64,000 bases of DNA from Macrostomum lignano (taxonomy: Eukaryota). How positions within the stretch are numbered: position 1 is the first letter of the stretch; each line of letters starts with the position of its first letter. The notes beneath the pieces were generated by a model, which was not told the origin of the DNA, ran no database searches, and worked only from the letters and a program-made list of their open reading frames with translations. Of the stretch, positions 13,655-27,234 are shown piece after piece. Both the position numbers and the translations under genes were made by a program. The DNA lies in NCBI GenBank assembly GCA_002269645.1, contig NIVC01003710.1, positions 17,352-81,351 on the forward strand, written 5' to 3'.

Positions 13655-14685
13655 AGTTTGTGACGTCTTGTTTGTGAAGAGTCCAGTTTGTGAAGAGTCC
13701 AGTTTATGAATTGTCTAGTTTGTGAAATTTCTAGTTTGTGAAATGTCTAGTTTGTGAATTGTCTAGGTTGTGAAGTGTCTAGGTTGTGAATTGTCTAGTT
13801 TGTGAAATGTCTAGTTTGTGAAATTTCTAGTTTGTGAAATTTCTAGTTTGTGAAATGTCTAGTTTGTGAAATTTCTAGTTTGTGAAATGTCTAGGTTGTG
13901 AATTGTCTAGTTTATGAATTGTCTAGTTTGTGAAATTTCTAGTTTGTGAAATGTCTAGTTTGTGAAGTGTCTAGGTTGTGAATTGTCTAGTTTGTGAAAT
14001 GTCTAGTTTGTGAAGTGTCTAGTTTGTGAATTGTCTAGTTTGTGAATTGTCTAGTTTGTGACGTGTCTAGTTTGTGAAGTGTCTAGTTTGTGAATTGTCT
14101 AGTTTGTGAAGTGTCTAGTTTGTGAAATTTCTAGTTTGTGAAATGTCTAGTTTGTGAAGAGTCTAGTTTGTGAATTGTCTAGTTTGTGACGTGTCTAGTT
14201 TGTGAAGTGTCTAGTTTTTGAATTGTCTAGTTTGTGAAGTGTCTAGTTTGTGAAATTTCTAGTTTGTGAAGAGTCTAGTTTGTGAAGAGTCTAGTTTGTG
14301 AAGAGTCTAGTTTGTGAAATTTTTAGTTTGTAAAGTTTGTGAATTGTCTAGTTTGTGACGTGTCTAGTTTGTGAAGTGTCTAGTTTGTGATGTGTATAGT
14401 TTGTGAGTTGACTAGTTTGTGAATTGTATAGTTTGTGACGTGTATAATTTGTGACGTGTATAGTTTGTGAGTTGACTAGTTTGTAGAGAGTCCAGTTTTT
14501 GAATTGTCTAGTTTTTGAATTGTCTAGTTTGTGAAGTGCCTAGTTTGTGAAATGTCTAGTTTGTGAAATGTCTAGTTTGTGAAGTGTCTAGTTTGTGAAA
14601 TGTCTAGTTTGTGAAATGTCTAGTTTGTGAAGTGTCTAGTTTGTGAATTGTCTAGTTTGTGAAATGTCTAGTTTGTGAAATGTAA
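13655..14685. repeat. 16-bp minisatellite (CTAGTTTGTGAAATGT)n
   Basis: Directly visible, with variant units. Confidence 0.95.
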
Positions 14686-15149
14686 AATTTGCGAAGAGTG
14701 TAGAAGTTTGCAGTTTTCAAAAGCGCCCCTAAGATTTTTCCTCCATAACATCCTACTCCAAATGCTGCTCTATTTAGTAATCCATGACTGACACGTTCAA
14801 GACTTGATCGCTCAAGGGGGAGGGCTGGAACTGGGCCCAGAGCAGGTGCGAGGCGGAGATGTGGCGGCGCACCGCTACCACAGAGAAAGGGAGAGAGAGG
14901 GGGGGCTAAAGGTGACAGTCTTGAAGAAATTGATGGCAAACTTGAGAAAACAAGAAGAAATTTCTTCAGTGCAAGGCAGACCAAAAGGTTGGATTCAGAG
15001 GGTTGGAAGCAGGGCTTTTCTATGCTGAAAGCAACAATGCAAAACTCCAAAGCATTGAAAAAGAGAAATTCTAATATTATTGACTTTAATTATTGAATTG
15101 CATTTGCAAACGCAAGGAGGAATCAGCCAGTCAGCCAACTAGATGAGCC

Positions 15150-18058
15150 TCACAGAACCCCAGTCACCCTGGCCCGACTTGTCCAGTCGTCTCGACTGAC
15201 GTAGCAGCCGCTGACAACCCGCCGGCCGGAGAAGCCGCTCCGGCCGTGCAGCAGGCGCCAGTTGTCGATGAGAATGACAGTGCCGGGCCTGAGGCTCAGC
15301 CACACCTGAGACACCGGCCGGTTGAGAATCTCGCTAAGGTGAGCGTAGGCGGCCAAGAAGGCGGCCACTTCGGCCTGGGGCACAGCGGCTAGCGAGTCCA
15401 AATCGTACGGATTGAAGCGGATCTGGTAGAGACTTCCGCCGCTCTCGGGGTCCAGTTTGAGTACGGTGTCCAGGCACCGGGTGTGGTGCGTCGGCTGCCC
15501 GGCCTCGAACTCCTGATACTGATGAAACACTGGGGCGCTCGCCAGCAGGTGAAAATGCGCCGCATTCTCTTGGCGAAGAGTCTCAGCCGCTTGGAAACCG
15601 TCGGCAAGGCAGGTGTCCCCGCCGACTGGGGCCGGCTCCAGCACGTGGAACACCTGCAGATTAGGGAGCGTTGATGGGAGAGAGTCCAGACAGTCGCCTC
15701 TCATTAGAATCTCACTTTAGATAATCGCGTCTCTTGAGAATCCCACCCAAAGTAGTCGCCTCTCCGGAGAATCTCACCCTCGATAATCGCCTCTCCCGAG
15801 AATCTCACCCTCGATAATCGCCTCTCCCGAGAATCTCACCCTCGATAATCGCCTCTCCCGAGAATCTCACCCTCGATAATCGCCTCTCCCGAGAATCTCA
15901 CCCAAGATAATCGGCTCTCCCGAGAATCTCACCCTCGATAATCACCTCTCTCGAGAATCTCACCCAAGATAATCGCCTCTTCCCGAGAATCTCATCCTCC
16001 ATAATCGCCTCTCCTGAGAATCTCACCTTAGATAATTACGAAAATTTGAGTTTACTCGTAAGATAAAAATAAAATAAAATTTTGAAGTTACGATACTACT
16101 CGTGTTTAATCAGTAGTAAGTTAGAAAATTTTAATCAACTCGAATGCAAAATCAAATCACACGCCTGAAAGCAATGAAGCTAGAAGGAACTCTTAGACGT
16201 CTTTCTATTCGATTTTTTGTTAATTTATCTTTAAAAGAGAATAAAAGTTTCACGCAATTGAATTGAATTCGCAACTTTTTCAATTCTTTTTTTCAAAGGA
16301 ATTTTGGCCGCCAGAGTTGGAGACCATTTTCCTAATGCACTTAATTGTTACAGAGTGGTGCACAGTCTCTCGCTACTTGCGTGCACAGAAACAAGCAATC
16401 TTACATGGGGGAACCTTCTGTTCAGCAAAAACCATAATTGATGCACTCTTATAAGTGGAACGTGACTTTGAATTGATTGCGCGGCGCTGCTTGTGTTGCT
16501 CCTATAGAAGTTTTGTCCTGTGAACTCATTAGTGGTGGTCGAGTGAGGCGAGTTGGCTTAGCATTGCTGAGAACCAGCTATGTCTACTTGTGAACGGATC
16601 GCGTTTAACGGAACAGTACACTGGAACGCTTCGTAGAGGACCCAGTGGGTGAAGGATCCAGTGGGTGAAGGATCCAGTGGGTGAAGGATCCAGTGGGTGA
16701 AGGATCCAGTGGGTGAAGGATCCAGTGGGTGAAGGATCCAGTGGGTGAAGGATCCAGTGGGTGAAGGATCCAGTGGGTGAAGGATCCAGTGGGTGAAGGA
16801 TCCAGTGGGTGAAGGATCCAGTGGGTGAAGGATCCAGTGGGTGAAGGATCCAGTGGGTGAAGGATCCAGTGGGTGAAGGATCCAGTGGGTGAAGGATCCA
16901 GTGGGTGAAGGATCCAGTGGGTGAAGGATCCAGTGGGTGAAGGATCCAGTGGGTGAAGGATCCAGTGGGTGAAGGATCCAGTGGGTGAAGGATCCAGTGG
17001 GTGAAGGATCCAGTGGGTGAAGGATCCAGTGGGTGAAGGATCCAGTGGGTGAAGGATCCAGTGGGTGAAGGATCCAGTGGGTGAAGGATCCAGTGGGTGA
17101 AGGATCCAGTGGGTGAAGGATCCAGTGGGTGAAGGATCCAGTGGGTGAAGGATCCAGTGGGTGAAGGATCCAGTGGGTGAAGGATCCAGTGGGTGAAGGA
17201 TCCAGTGGGTGAAGGATCCAGTGGGTGAAGGATCCAGTGGGTGAAGGATCCAGTGGGTGAAGGATCCAGTGCAAATCAATTCAAATCAGTCCTCACCTGC
17301 AGGCCGGCCCCATTGTGCAAATAAGTAGTGTCATTGTGCACCCCGATGGCGTCGCTGCCATAGGCGGTGTCCTGCCTGCTGCCGTCGGCCGTGAATGTCC
17401 ACATGCCGCCGAACAGGCTCGGCATGACAGGCGCCACCTGCCGGACCGCCGCCTCGGTGGCTGCCTCGGTGGCCTCCACGCCGGTGACGGTGGCAACGCC
17501 GCAGGACCAGAGGTTCCGCAGCACCGTCCGCAGGCCGCTGGGCGCCGACTCTAACTCCGACAGTGGCACCGGCCGGATTGCCGACGTGCCCTCGAACGGG
17601 TGTCCAGCCGACCGGGTCCACAGGCTCCGACCGCGGCCGCTGCCACCACCGTCCGGGGACAGCAGCGACTCCAGCTGGGAGTAGGCAAACTCGGTCACGT
17701 GACCGTCTGACCAGTCGAGGCGGACACCCGAGCTGTCGGGCAACTGGCTGAGCCGCGGCGGAGACTTGCCGGCAGCCAGAGCAGTCGCTGGCGAGATGAC
17801 CCGCTGCCGGGTGGCGGCGTTGTGGCAGTCGGCGCAGCGGCAGTTGAACCGCAGCCAGGCGCAGCTCAGACGGCGCAGCTTGCCGTCCGGGTATCGAATC
17901 TCGGCCGTGGCCGGTCCAGCTGTTGCCGCGGCCGCTGCCGAGGACAATGAGCAGCGCTGGCGAGGCTGGCGGAGCCAAATCGCAGCAGCCGCTGCTGACC
18001 CCGCCGGCTTCAGCTGGGAGCCGATGAGGCAGCGTAAGAAGCTGCTGTTGTGGAGCAT
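15150..18058 (-). CDS. TMLHE: Trimethyllysine dioxygenase (carnitine biosynthesis); exons 18058-17297 and 15653-15150, 421 aa
   Basis: N-terminal WLRFNCRCADCHN..TRQR and LDWSDGHVT; GGMWTFT.D..R.DTAY...IGVHNDTTY...GLQ|VFH; DNWRLLHGR..F.G.R.VSGCYVSRDD. Phase-0 junction CAG|GTGAGG...CTGCAG|GTG. The N-terminus resembles a mitochondrial targeting peptide. Closer to TMLHE than BBOX1 by motif recall. Confidence 0.92.
15690..16040. repeat. 31-bp minisatellite (CGATAATCGCCTCTCCCGAGAATCTCACCCT)n in TMLHE intron
   Basis: Directly visible. Confidence 0.92.
16641..17271. repeat. Perfect 16-bp minisatellite (CCAGTGGGTGAAGGAT)n in TMLHE intron
   Basis: Directly visible; ends about 25 nt from the splice donor. 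Confidence 0.97.
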
Positions 18059-19557
18059 CGCGCCTGGGGTTTGTTTAGACAATTGATTTTATATGTCTGC
18101 TTAGATACCGGAACTATGTGCTTCATAATTCTCCCATGAGAGCTAGCTTCCTGGTTGTTAGTTGCGGCCATAAACTAAAGTTCAGTACGTCTGCATTGAA
18201 CCTTAATCGATTCTATATACCCTTGATGAAGCCACTCAAGCCACCTAGCAGGAGCGCGAGACCATAGACTGTGGCTTCTGCTGCTCTCAAGCATTAGCAT
18301 CAGCAGCTGGTATCTGTGGCCCTAACCCCAGGGTTTTTAGGGCCTCGGAGACGGCCGCTGAATACATTAGCGAATGCTGGAGCGACATATCTAGGCAAAG
18401 AGTATTGAAGCAATATAGATGAGGCGCATCTAGGTAATACTCTTTGCATCTAACCTGTCATCTAGCCTACTATCTAGCCTACCTACATGCAGGTAATATA
18501 GAATCTGTGTTTGGTAGTAGATTGATAAAAAAGGCCACAGAGAGGATAACGCGTACGAATATCGCACCAAAAGTATCCAGGTTGATTCCGAGGGCTCGTA
18601 CACCCTGTGCGAATATGTGCATGCGTGTGTATGTAAGTGCGGCATGGGGGAACTGGGGAGGGAGGGGGTTGGCGCAACGCAACCTGACGACTCTGCGACT
18701 CTCAGTCTGTCTCTCTACTGGCTGCACTTTTTGAATGCTCGCGGTTCCTGCACATGATAGCTGAAACTAGCCAAGGTAACTTCTAGTGGTCCTTGAAACA
18801 AATATTAGAGACACTGCTTTAGTGCCACGTGACAGCGTCAGTTAGGGGGATGGAGGTTAGTTGAGCCGGACGTCTCGTAGAAAACGTTGACAGAGAAGCA
18901 AGCGCTGCTAAGGATCCAAAAGACACGATGAAAATAATTGTCAAGTAAATAGGTATTTTATTCAGGTAAAAGGAGAATCACAATTAATAACGAACCGAAG
19001 TCATACTACTGCAGTTGAAATCATTAGGACTCATTAAAGTGCTTGCTAGTTGCAACTTACCAAAGGTCTATCGGTATTAAGAAAAGCTAGATGACAGGAT
19101 GAGGGCAGGCTGCAGTGTTTCTATTGCTTACAGTGTTGAGAGCCAAGTGCTGTAGATGTGCAGCTCTGAATTAGGTTTTTTTCTAGAATTTGGGATAGAG
19201 AATGAGTGAGGCGGGGCCGGCAGTGCACAACACAGTACAATAGTTGGCCCCAGAGGACCTGGCCCTGTACACAGTCTGTGTGCGCGCAGCATGTAGAATT
19301 TGCGCGGCTAATTTGGACCTGCGATGCAACATGAAACTTTATCATCATTAAATCTAATAATCAACATTTTTTATGTTCCACCTTTTATTTCGTGTTGGCA
19401 GTTTCACGATTCTTGTCTCCTGAGGCCAGGCGTACATAATAGCTTTCTGATTGACATTTAATGCGCTTCGGCCTTATGAAGCTGAGATTTTATTCTGGTC
19501 CAATGACTGGCCTCTGTAGTCTGGTCTAGAAAAAAGATGCACTTGAATGCATCCGTT

Positions 19558-19925
19558 TAGTATTACAGTATTACATAATTATAGTATTACAGTATTACAT
19601 AATTATAGTATTACAGTATTACATAATTATAGTATTACAGTATTACAGTAATACAACACTCTACATAATATACAATATAATACAATACATTAATCTACAT
19701 ACAGTAAAACAATATAATACAGTACGACTTATTACCGCATTACAGTATAGCAACATTACAGTATTACAGAATTATAATATTAAAGCATTAAAGAATTACT
19801 GCATTACAGTATTGTAACATTACAGTATTACATTATTACACCATTATCGTATAGCAGTATTACACGAATACAATATTACAGCATTGCAGTAATAAAACAT
19901 TTTAGCCTTACAATATTACAGCATT
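19558..19925. repeat. Degenerate (TATTACAG)-type AT-rich repeat
   Basis: Directly visible, diverged. Confidence 0.8.
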
Positions 19926-20013
19926 AGGCAAATTTTCTCAATAAAATGACCGGTACTTCATTTTTCGTTACTTTGTACATCTGCATGGCTCATTTGATGG
20001 CGGCGTGCACAGG

Positions 20014-20757
20014 TCATAGATCATACATAGTCATAGATCATAGATCATAGATAGTTATAGATCATATATATCATAGATAGTCATAGATCATAGATATTCA
20101 TAGATCATATAGATCATAGATAGTCATAGATCATATAGATAATAGATAGTCATAGATCATATAGATCATAGATAGTCATAGATCATATATATCATAGATA
20201 GATCATATATATCATAGATAGTCATAGATCATATATATCATAGATAGTCATAGATCATAGATAGTCATAGATAGTCATAGATCATATAGATCATAGATAG
20301 TCATAGATCATATAGATCATAGATAGTCATAGATTATATATATCATAGATAGATCATATATATCATAGATAGTCATAGATCATATATATCATAGATAGTC
20401 ATAGATCATAGATAGTCATAGATAGTCATAGATCATATAGATCATAGATAGTCATAGATCATAGATCATGGATAATCATAGATCATATAGATCATAGATA
20501 GTCATAGATCATAGATCATAGATAGTTATAGATCATAGATCATAGATAGTTATAGATCATAGATCATAGATAGTTATAGATCATAGATCATAGATAGTTA
20601 TAGATCATAGATCATAGATAGTTATAGATCATAGATCATAGATAGTTATAGATCATAGATAGTTATAGATCATAGATCATAGATAGTTATAGATCATAGA
20701 TAGTTATAGATCATAGATCATAGATAGTCATAGATCATAGATCATAGATCATGGATA
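20014..20757. repeat. (ATAGATC/ATAGTC)n satellite, left part
   Basis: Directly visible; resumes at 23033. Confidence 0.95.
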
Positions 20758-23032
20758 CTTACTACTTACTATCGACGGGGGGCAGAGCGCCGCGATTAGG
20801 CCGCAAGGCCCCTATCGCAACCCCAAGCTAAAAACAGAAAGGCGTTAGCCTTGGGGCTGCGCCCACCCCTCGTCGGCAGCAGAAGAGCTCGCGAGAGTGG
20901 CGTCTGCGATCTTCATCCGCCCAGAATCCCGAACGAATGCGCGCAGGTCACGGATCCGGTCCGGAGTGGTGAGCTCGTCCAGCCTTAGCGGGTGACCGAG
21001 GTGACGCCTCCGCGCCTCGTTGAAGTGCGGGCAGAAAGTGACGTGGTGCGTCGAGGTTTCCTCCTCTAGATCACAGAATGGGCAGATGGGGAGCAGCCAC
21101 TTTGCAGTGAAATGTCTCTGGAAGAAGCCATGGCCAGTGATGACCATGCACATCTCCCTGAGGTTTTACTTGAGGAGATTAGATATTCGGATACTTTCCG
21201 GTTTATGACAGGCATTGCGATTCGCGTTTGCCGATATTCGGAGCAGCTGTTCCAGTGGACCTGGTGCTGGCGGTTCAGCCACTCTTGAATGGCGCGATTG
21301 ACTGATGATTTCGAAGAGGGTAACCTTGACTGGGCGTTGCGCTCCACCGGGGGTGCAACCCCGCTTGGCGAGTTGATCTACCAGCTCATTGCTGAGGATG
21401 TTGCTGTGGCCTGGTGTCCAGATAACATTGATCCTGTTGAGAATCGCCAGGGTCTGCAAGCTTTTGAAGCAGTCTGAAACTGACTTGGTTGAGAGCTTGA
21501 TGGAAGACAAGGCCTTAATAGCGGCCTGGCTGTCAGAGTAAAAATAAATGTCAAAGCTGCTGATACCAGCTTTGTACGAATGCTCCGCACACTGGTTGAT
21601 GACTACAACTTCGAGTTGAAAAACCGAGACATTCTCACCAAGATGAAGACTCTCTTGTAAGATCGCACACCCTTGTGGAAAATGGCGATGCCCGCGCCCG
21701 CGAGACCGTCACACAGGGATCCGTCAGTGAAGCAGTGAATGCCCTGGCTTCTACGGTTGATGCCCACATCTAGCGGGTGGCTCCCTCGCGGCGGAAGGGT
21801 ACACTTGAAGCCCTTCCTGAGGATGAAAGTGGGGGTTTGCAGTCCAACTCGTCTAAATTGAGCTGGATGTGTTGAAGGTCGCGACGGATATAGTCCAGAT
21901 GCGGGAAAAGAGTCTTCTCGGGCATGAAGCCCGAGGGAGTGTTAGCAATAAATTTATCACAGATGAGACGCGTGGCATCCTTCATCGCCTCAGCTCTAAT
22001 GAACAAATGCAGCGGAGGCATGCTGAGGATGGTTTTGAGCCCCTCGTAGGGGTGGAAGGACACGCACCGGTGATGGCACGGCAGATGTTACCCTGAAGCT
22101 GGTACAGCCGGTCCCGCACAGTCTTCAACTCCAACGCACTGGACCAGATAACACACGCGTAGGTAATACTGGGTCGAATGATGCCGTTGTAGATCCACCT
22201 GACCGTCTTGGGAGATAGCCCCCAGGTAGGCCCAATGACTCTCCTCACCTGCGCGAAGCAGCGCCTGGCGCGCTCGATGACATTGTCAGCGTGCTTGGTC
22301 CAACGCAAATCGTGAGTGAGCGTCACACATAGATATTTTGTTTCCTTGACTAGGGGGATGCCTTACCATAGATGTTGAGGTTCCGCATGCTCCACTTCCG
22401 CTTCCTGGTGAAGATAATGGCCACCGTCTTAGCGGTGCTAATGGTTAGGCCGTGCTGGGTATCCCAGGCTTGCGCCTTATCGGCGAACTGCTGCATCAAG
22501 CTTCGAAGAGTGCTGGTGTCAGGGCCACTGACAATAGCAGCGACATCATCAGCGTAGCCTGCCTTGACTATGCTGCTGGGGACATCAGCCGTTAGGAGCT
22601 CGTCCATCACGAGATTCCAGAGCAGCGGGGTGAGCACCCCACCTTGGGCTCCGCCTTTAGTAACCGTATGGGTGCAAGTGGCATCCATGAGGGAGGAAGT
22701 CACCTTCCTGTTCCGAATCATAAAGTCGATCCATCGCACAATCCTGGGTCGGACCTTTTTCTGCAAAGGGGAGTCACTGAAGGAGCCAAATAAAACGTTA
22801 TTGAAGGCCCCATCGATGTCACAGAAAAGCCCACAGGCAATCTGCTTGCTCAGGATAGCTTTCTCAATGGCAGAGGTGATAACATGCAAAGCATGCTCGG
22901 TAGTTTTACCTGGTTGGAAGGCGAATTGGTGCTTACTTATGGGTGCAGTCCTCAACTCGCAGTCGTGCAGCCTCCACAAGATGAGTTTCTCCATCAGCTT
23001 GACACAAAAGGATGTTCGGCTGATGGGGCGGA
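20758..23032 (-). mobile_element. 5'-truncated non-LTR retrotransposon (LOA/R1-like): RT + RNase H + C-terminal zinc finger, frameshifted
   Basis: RT: [80 protein letters not shown]. RNase H: FTDGS, FQLE, YSDSQAA, WTPGH..NELVDQLAK. ITGH...CPFC..ET..H...C. 3' tail TAGTAAGTAGTAAG. 14-bp TSD ATAGATCATGGATA at 20744-20757 and 23033-23046. Confidence 0.93.
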
Positions 23033-23162
23033 ATAGATCATGGATAGTCATAGATTATAGATCATAGATAGTCATAGATCATTAGATGATAGATAGTCAT
23101 AGATCATAGATCATAGATCATAGATAGTTATAGATCATAGATCATAGATAGTCATAGATCTT
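23033..23162. repeat. (ATAGATC/ATAGTC)n satellite, right part
   Basis: Same units as 20014-20757. Confidence 0.93.
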
Positions 23163-23660
23163 AGTCTTAGTCATAGCCTTAGATCATAGTCAGGCTCAAA
23201 ACAATCTTGCTCTCATTTTTGTCAGACCCTGGTAAAAGCGAGTGCGAGTGGCTTTGCGGGTCCGAAATTGGTCAAATATATTGTAGAATGGGTATGAACC
23301 AACTGTACATTGATTCTATTCATAATATTGATTCGCTTTAGCCTAACGTATTCCGCATGATTTGAATATTTAATGTATGATGTTTAATATCCAAATGGAT
23401 TTACAAATTTGGATGTGCGAGAATTATTTACGGAATAATGGTATGATATTATGATAATGTGATAATAAAATTTTATCCCAGCAGCATCACTGCCGTTGCC
23501 TGCCGAATCAGTTTTTTTATATCTGGTCATGAAGGAAACTCTTGAGAGACTCTTAAAACTGCAGCTATCAGACACGAACCCGTTGAAACAATAAAATTAG
23601 TGCTATTATGCGAAAATACTGGTTTAATAATCAGAATTGATGGCTAAAATGCCAAACTCT

Positions 23661-24280
23661 TGGAGAGAGAAGAGGAGAGAGGAGAGGAGAGGAGAGAAGA
23701 GGAGAGGAGAGGAGAGGAGAGGAGAGAAGAGGAGAGGAGAGGAGGGAGAGGAGAGGAGAGGAGAGGAGAGGAGAGGAGAGGAGAGGAGAGGAGAGGAGAG
23801 GAGAGAGAAGAGGAGAGGAGAGAAGAGGAGAGGAGAGGAGAGGAGAGAGGAGAGGAGAGGAGAGGAGAGGAGAGAGGAGAGGAGAGAAGAGGAGAGGAGA
23901 GGAGAGGAGAGAGGAGAGGAGAGGAGAGGAGAGGAGAGAGGAGAGGAGAGGAGAGAGGAGAGGAGAGGAGAGGAGAGAAGAGGAGAGGAGAGGAGAGGAG
24001 AGAGGAGAGGAGAGGAGAGGAGAGGAGAGAGGAGAGAGGAGAGGAGAGGAGAGAGGAGAGGAGAGGAGAGGAGAGAAGAGGAGAGGAGAGGAGAGGAGAG
24101 GAGAGGAGAGGAGAGAGGAGAAAGGAGAGGAGAGGAGAGGAGAGGAGAGGAGAGGAGAGGAGAGGAGAGGAGAGGAGAGGAGAGGAGAGGAGAGGAGAGG
24201 AGAGGAGAGGAGAGGAGAGGAGAGGAGAGGAGAGGAGAGGAGAGGAGAGGAGAGGAGAGGAGAGGAGAGGAGAGGAGAGA
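23661..24280. repeat. (GGAGA)n microsatellite
   Basis: Directly visible. Confidence 0.97.
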
Positions 24281-24656
24281 GGCAGTCATTCATAGGCAGT
24301 CAAATGGCTCGCAAGCAATTTTCGCGCTTACACATGGTACTAAAAAGATTACTGGCTACAATACTCGTAGAACTTGCCTAATATGGTTGCCTGATGAACA
24401 CGTTAAAATTAGTCGAATTTGGCAGAAATTTTGACGGTTTTCCTCAGAACAGTTAATTAGTCTGACGCTCAGAACTCCAAATATGGCTTAATCTGACATT
24501 TCCTCTCAAGTAAAAAGTTAAGACAGCCTAATGATGAAACTGCTTCTGTTAAAAAAACCTCACCTAAAAGTTTGAGAGCTATAATAATAAAGTAAAAGAA
24601 AGAACTGGAAAAATGCATCAACAATCCAGCTTTGAGTTTTTTTAGCACATCAATAG

Positions 24657-25175
<519 letters not shown>

Positions 25176-25483
25176 TAGCGAAATGGGCGGCAACGCCTCC
25201 TCGCTTCATCCGGATGCACGGAGCCCCCCTGCAGCTGACTCAAGTACGTTCGACATGGATAATCATACTTGATTCCTTGACTACGCTCATATTTCGGCAT
25301 TACTTACTTCTTACTCCCGGCACAAAATCCCCCCAAGGCCAGAGAGTTCAGCCAATTTGAAAGATCCTGTTTGAAGGAAATAGCAGAACTACAGGCAGGC
25401 ACCGCCTCCTGTCAAGTCGTATTCCGATTGATTCTTCCTTGAAAGCGTCAAGAGAGCGTCTCGGTCGGCCAGGCCGTCACGAG

Positions 25484-25490
25484 AGAGAGG

Positions 25491-25581
<91 letters not shown>
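25484..25581. repeat. (GA)n microsatellite
   Basis: Directly visible. Confidence 0.97.
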
Positions 25582-25584
<3 letters not shown>

Positions 25585-25624
25585 CGCCACGCCATCCGGG
25601 AAGTGCAGTAAAAACAGGGCCATT

Positions 25625-25717
25625 CCAATAGGAAGGGAAGCGAGTTGACGTCACTCTCCACTAGGGAATTGGCAGACACCAGCAGTGGCGCAGGCAAGCA
25701 AGCTCTGCACTGATTGG
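25625..25717 (+). promoter_or_regulatory. CCAAT (25625), CRE palindrome TGACGTCA (25646-25653) and ATTGG (25713) upstream of the GPCR
   Basis: Motif matches and position only. Confidence 0.35.
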
Positions 25718-25869
25718 CTGACGGTCAGGTCTCAGTTTTAGGACTTGGCAGTAAAAAGACAGGCCCTCCCTATAGAAGGGGTGCCGCTCTCACTTCAAAA
25801 CGCTGCGTAGATTTGCAGTTTGCAAAGCTGCGCCGCTATAGTGAAACCTTTATTTATTTAGCCAGGAAA

Positions 25870-27234
25870 ATGTTCGAAGGCACTTTCCTGTACAGGCGCT
25901 ATCCGCTAAACAGCAGCGTATGCGACGCCATCAAATGGAAGCTTAACCTGAGCCAGCGATACATGGACAGCTCGTGCAATCAGAAGGACATCCGCATGTC
26001 GAGCATCTTCCTGCCCGTCAGTCTGCTCGGCCTGAGCCTCAGTCTGTTCAGCGCCGTAGTGCTCATCCGACAGCGTCAGAGAACGTCCTTCCGCACGAGC
26101 CTCATCGCCCTGTCCGCCACCATCAGCTGCTACATGCTCTTCTCCTCTCTGGACTTCATCAACGTCCTGTCCGGGGCCTGTCTCTACTGGCGGGAGCCGC
26201 GCCGACACGCCCAGGTGTTCCTGGGAGCCGCAATCTGCCTGCTGGTCGACACCATGATCTGCGTGCGCAACTGGTGCAATGTGTTCATGACGGCGCAGCG
26301 CACCGAGGCGTTGCTGTTTCCTTTGCGCGTTAAGAAACTGCTCAATAAGAGAAACTTCATCATCTGCCTGCTCACGATGCTGTTCATCTCTCTTCCTCTG
26401 GCCTTGATCCGTTCAATGGCCGAGGTCTTTGTTGTGTGCGCGGACGATGACTCGGGCGAGGTGTACGGCATTGTCGGCTATCCACTGTCGGACGAGGAGA
26501 GCAGCTCCAGCCCGCACCTGTACAGCAGGAAGCGTCATTTCCATTTTCTACTCAACGAAGAGAGCTGGTTCAATCACTACGAGTACTATGGCTTTTTCTC
26601 TGTCCAAACCGTCGCCCCCGTGCTGCTGGTGACGACTTTCTCGCTCATCATGTCTGTTGCCATGCTGCGCCGCTGCAGCAGCTCTGGCGGCGGCGGCAGC
26701 GGTGGCGGTGGGGCTGGAACGAACGCGCAGCTGTCAGCAACCGCCAGCGCCATTGCCAACAACCGACAGAGCAAGCGCAACAAAGTCCGCGCCAGCCGCA
26801 CAGTCCTCTGCCTGGCCGCCATCTTCACCGCCTTGCAGATGCCAACGTTCCTGTTCGCTCTCATGCTGACCAGCTCCTCCCTGCCCGAGGAGTCCACGGC
26901 CGGCAAGATCTTCCAGTTTGTGGCCGAGCTCTGTCTGCTCCTGGACTCGATCCTCAACATCTTCGTCTACGCCTACTATGTGCCAGACTTTCGCTTATGC
27001 TGCGCGCGCATCTGCGGTCGTCTAGCTGGCCGCCGTGACGGCGGCGGTGGCGGCGGCGGCGGCGGCGTCGGTGGCAGTGGAGTCGGCGCTGAGCGCGGCG
27101 GACGCTGCACTGGTGGCCGAGGCCGAGGCCGCTCCAGCGGGACAGCCGCGGCGGCGACGCTGGTGGTGCTGGAGGTCAGACAGCCGCTGCAGTCCTGCCG
27201 CTCAGCTGAAGACGACGCAGAAGAGGAGGACTGA
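25870..27234 (+). CDS. Single-exon rhodopsin-class (class A) orphan peptide-receptor-like GPCR, about 454 aa
   Basis: Seven hydrophobic segments; TM3 end MTAQRTEALLFPLR, TM6 FTALQMP, TM7 DSILNIFVYAYYVPDFR; N-terminal NSS/NLS glycosylation sites. Start taken at AAAATG 25870. Confidence 0.88.
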   Translation: MFEGTFLYRRYPLNSSVCDAIKWKLNLSQRYMDSSCNQKDIRMSSIFLPVSLLGLSLSLFSAVVLIRQRQRTSFRTSLIALSATISCYMLFSSLDFINVLSGACLYWREPRRHAQVFLGAAICLLVDTMICVRNWCNVFMTAQRTEALLFPLRVKKLLNKRNFIICLLTMLFISLPLALIRSMAEVFVVCADDDSGEVYGIVGYPLSDEESSSSPHLYSRKRHFHFLLNEESWFNHYEYYGFFSVQTVAPVLLVTTFSLIMSVAMLRRCSSSGGGGSGGGGAGTNAQLSATASAIANNRQSKRNKVRASRTVLCLAAIFTALQMPTFLFALMLTSSSLPEESTAGKIFQFVAELCLLLDSILNIFVYAYYVPDFRLCCARICGRLAGRRDGGGGGGGGGVGGSGVGAERGGRCTGGRGRGRSSGTAAAATLVVLEVRQPLQSCRSAEDDAEEED

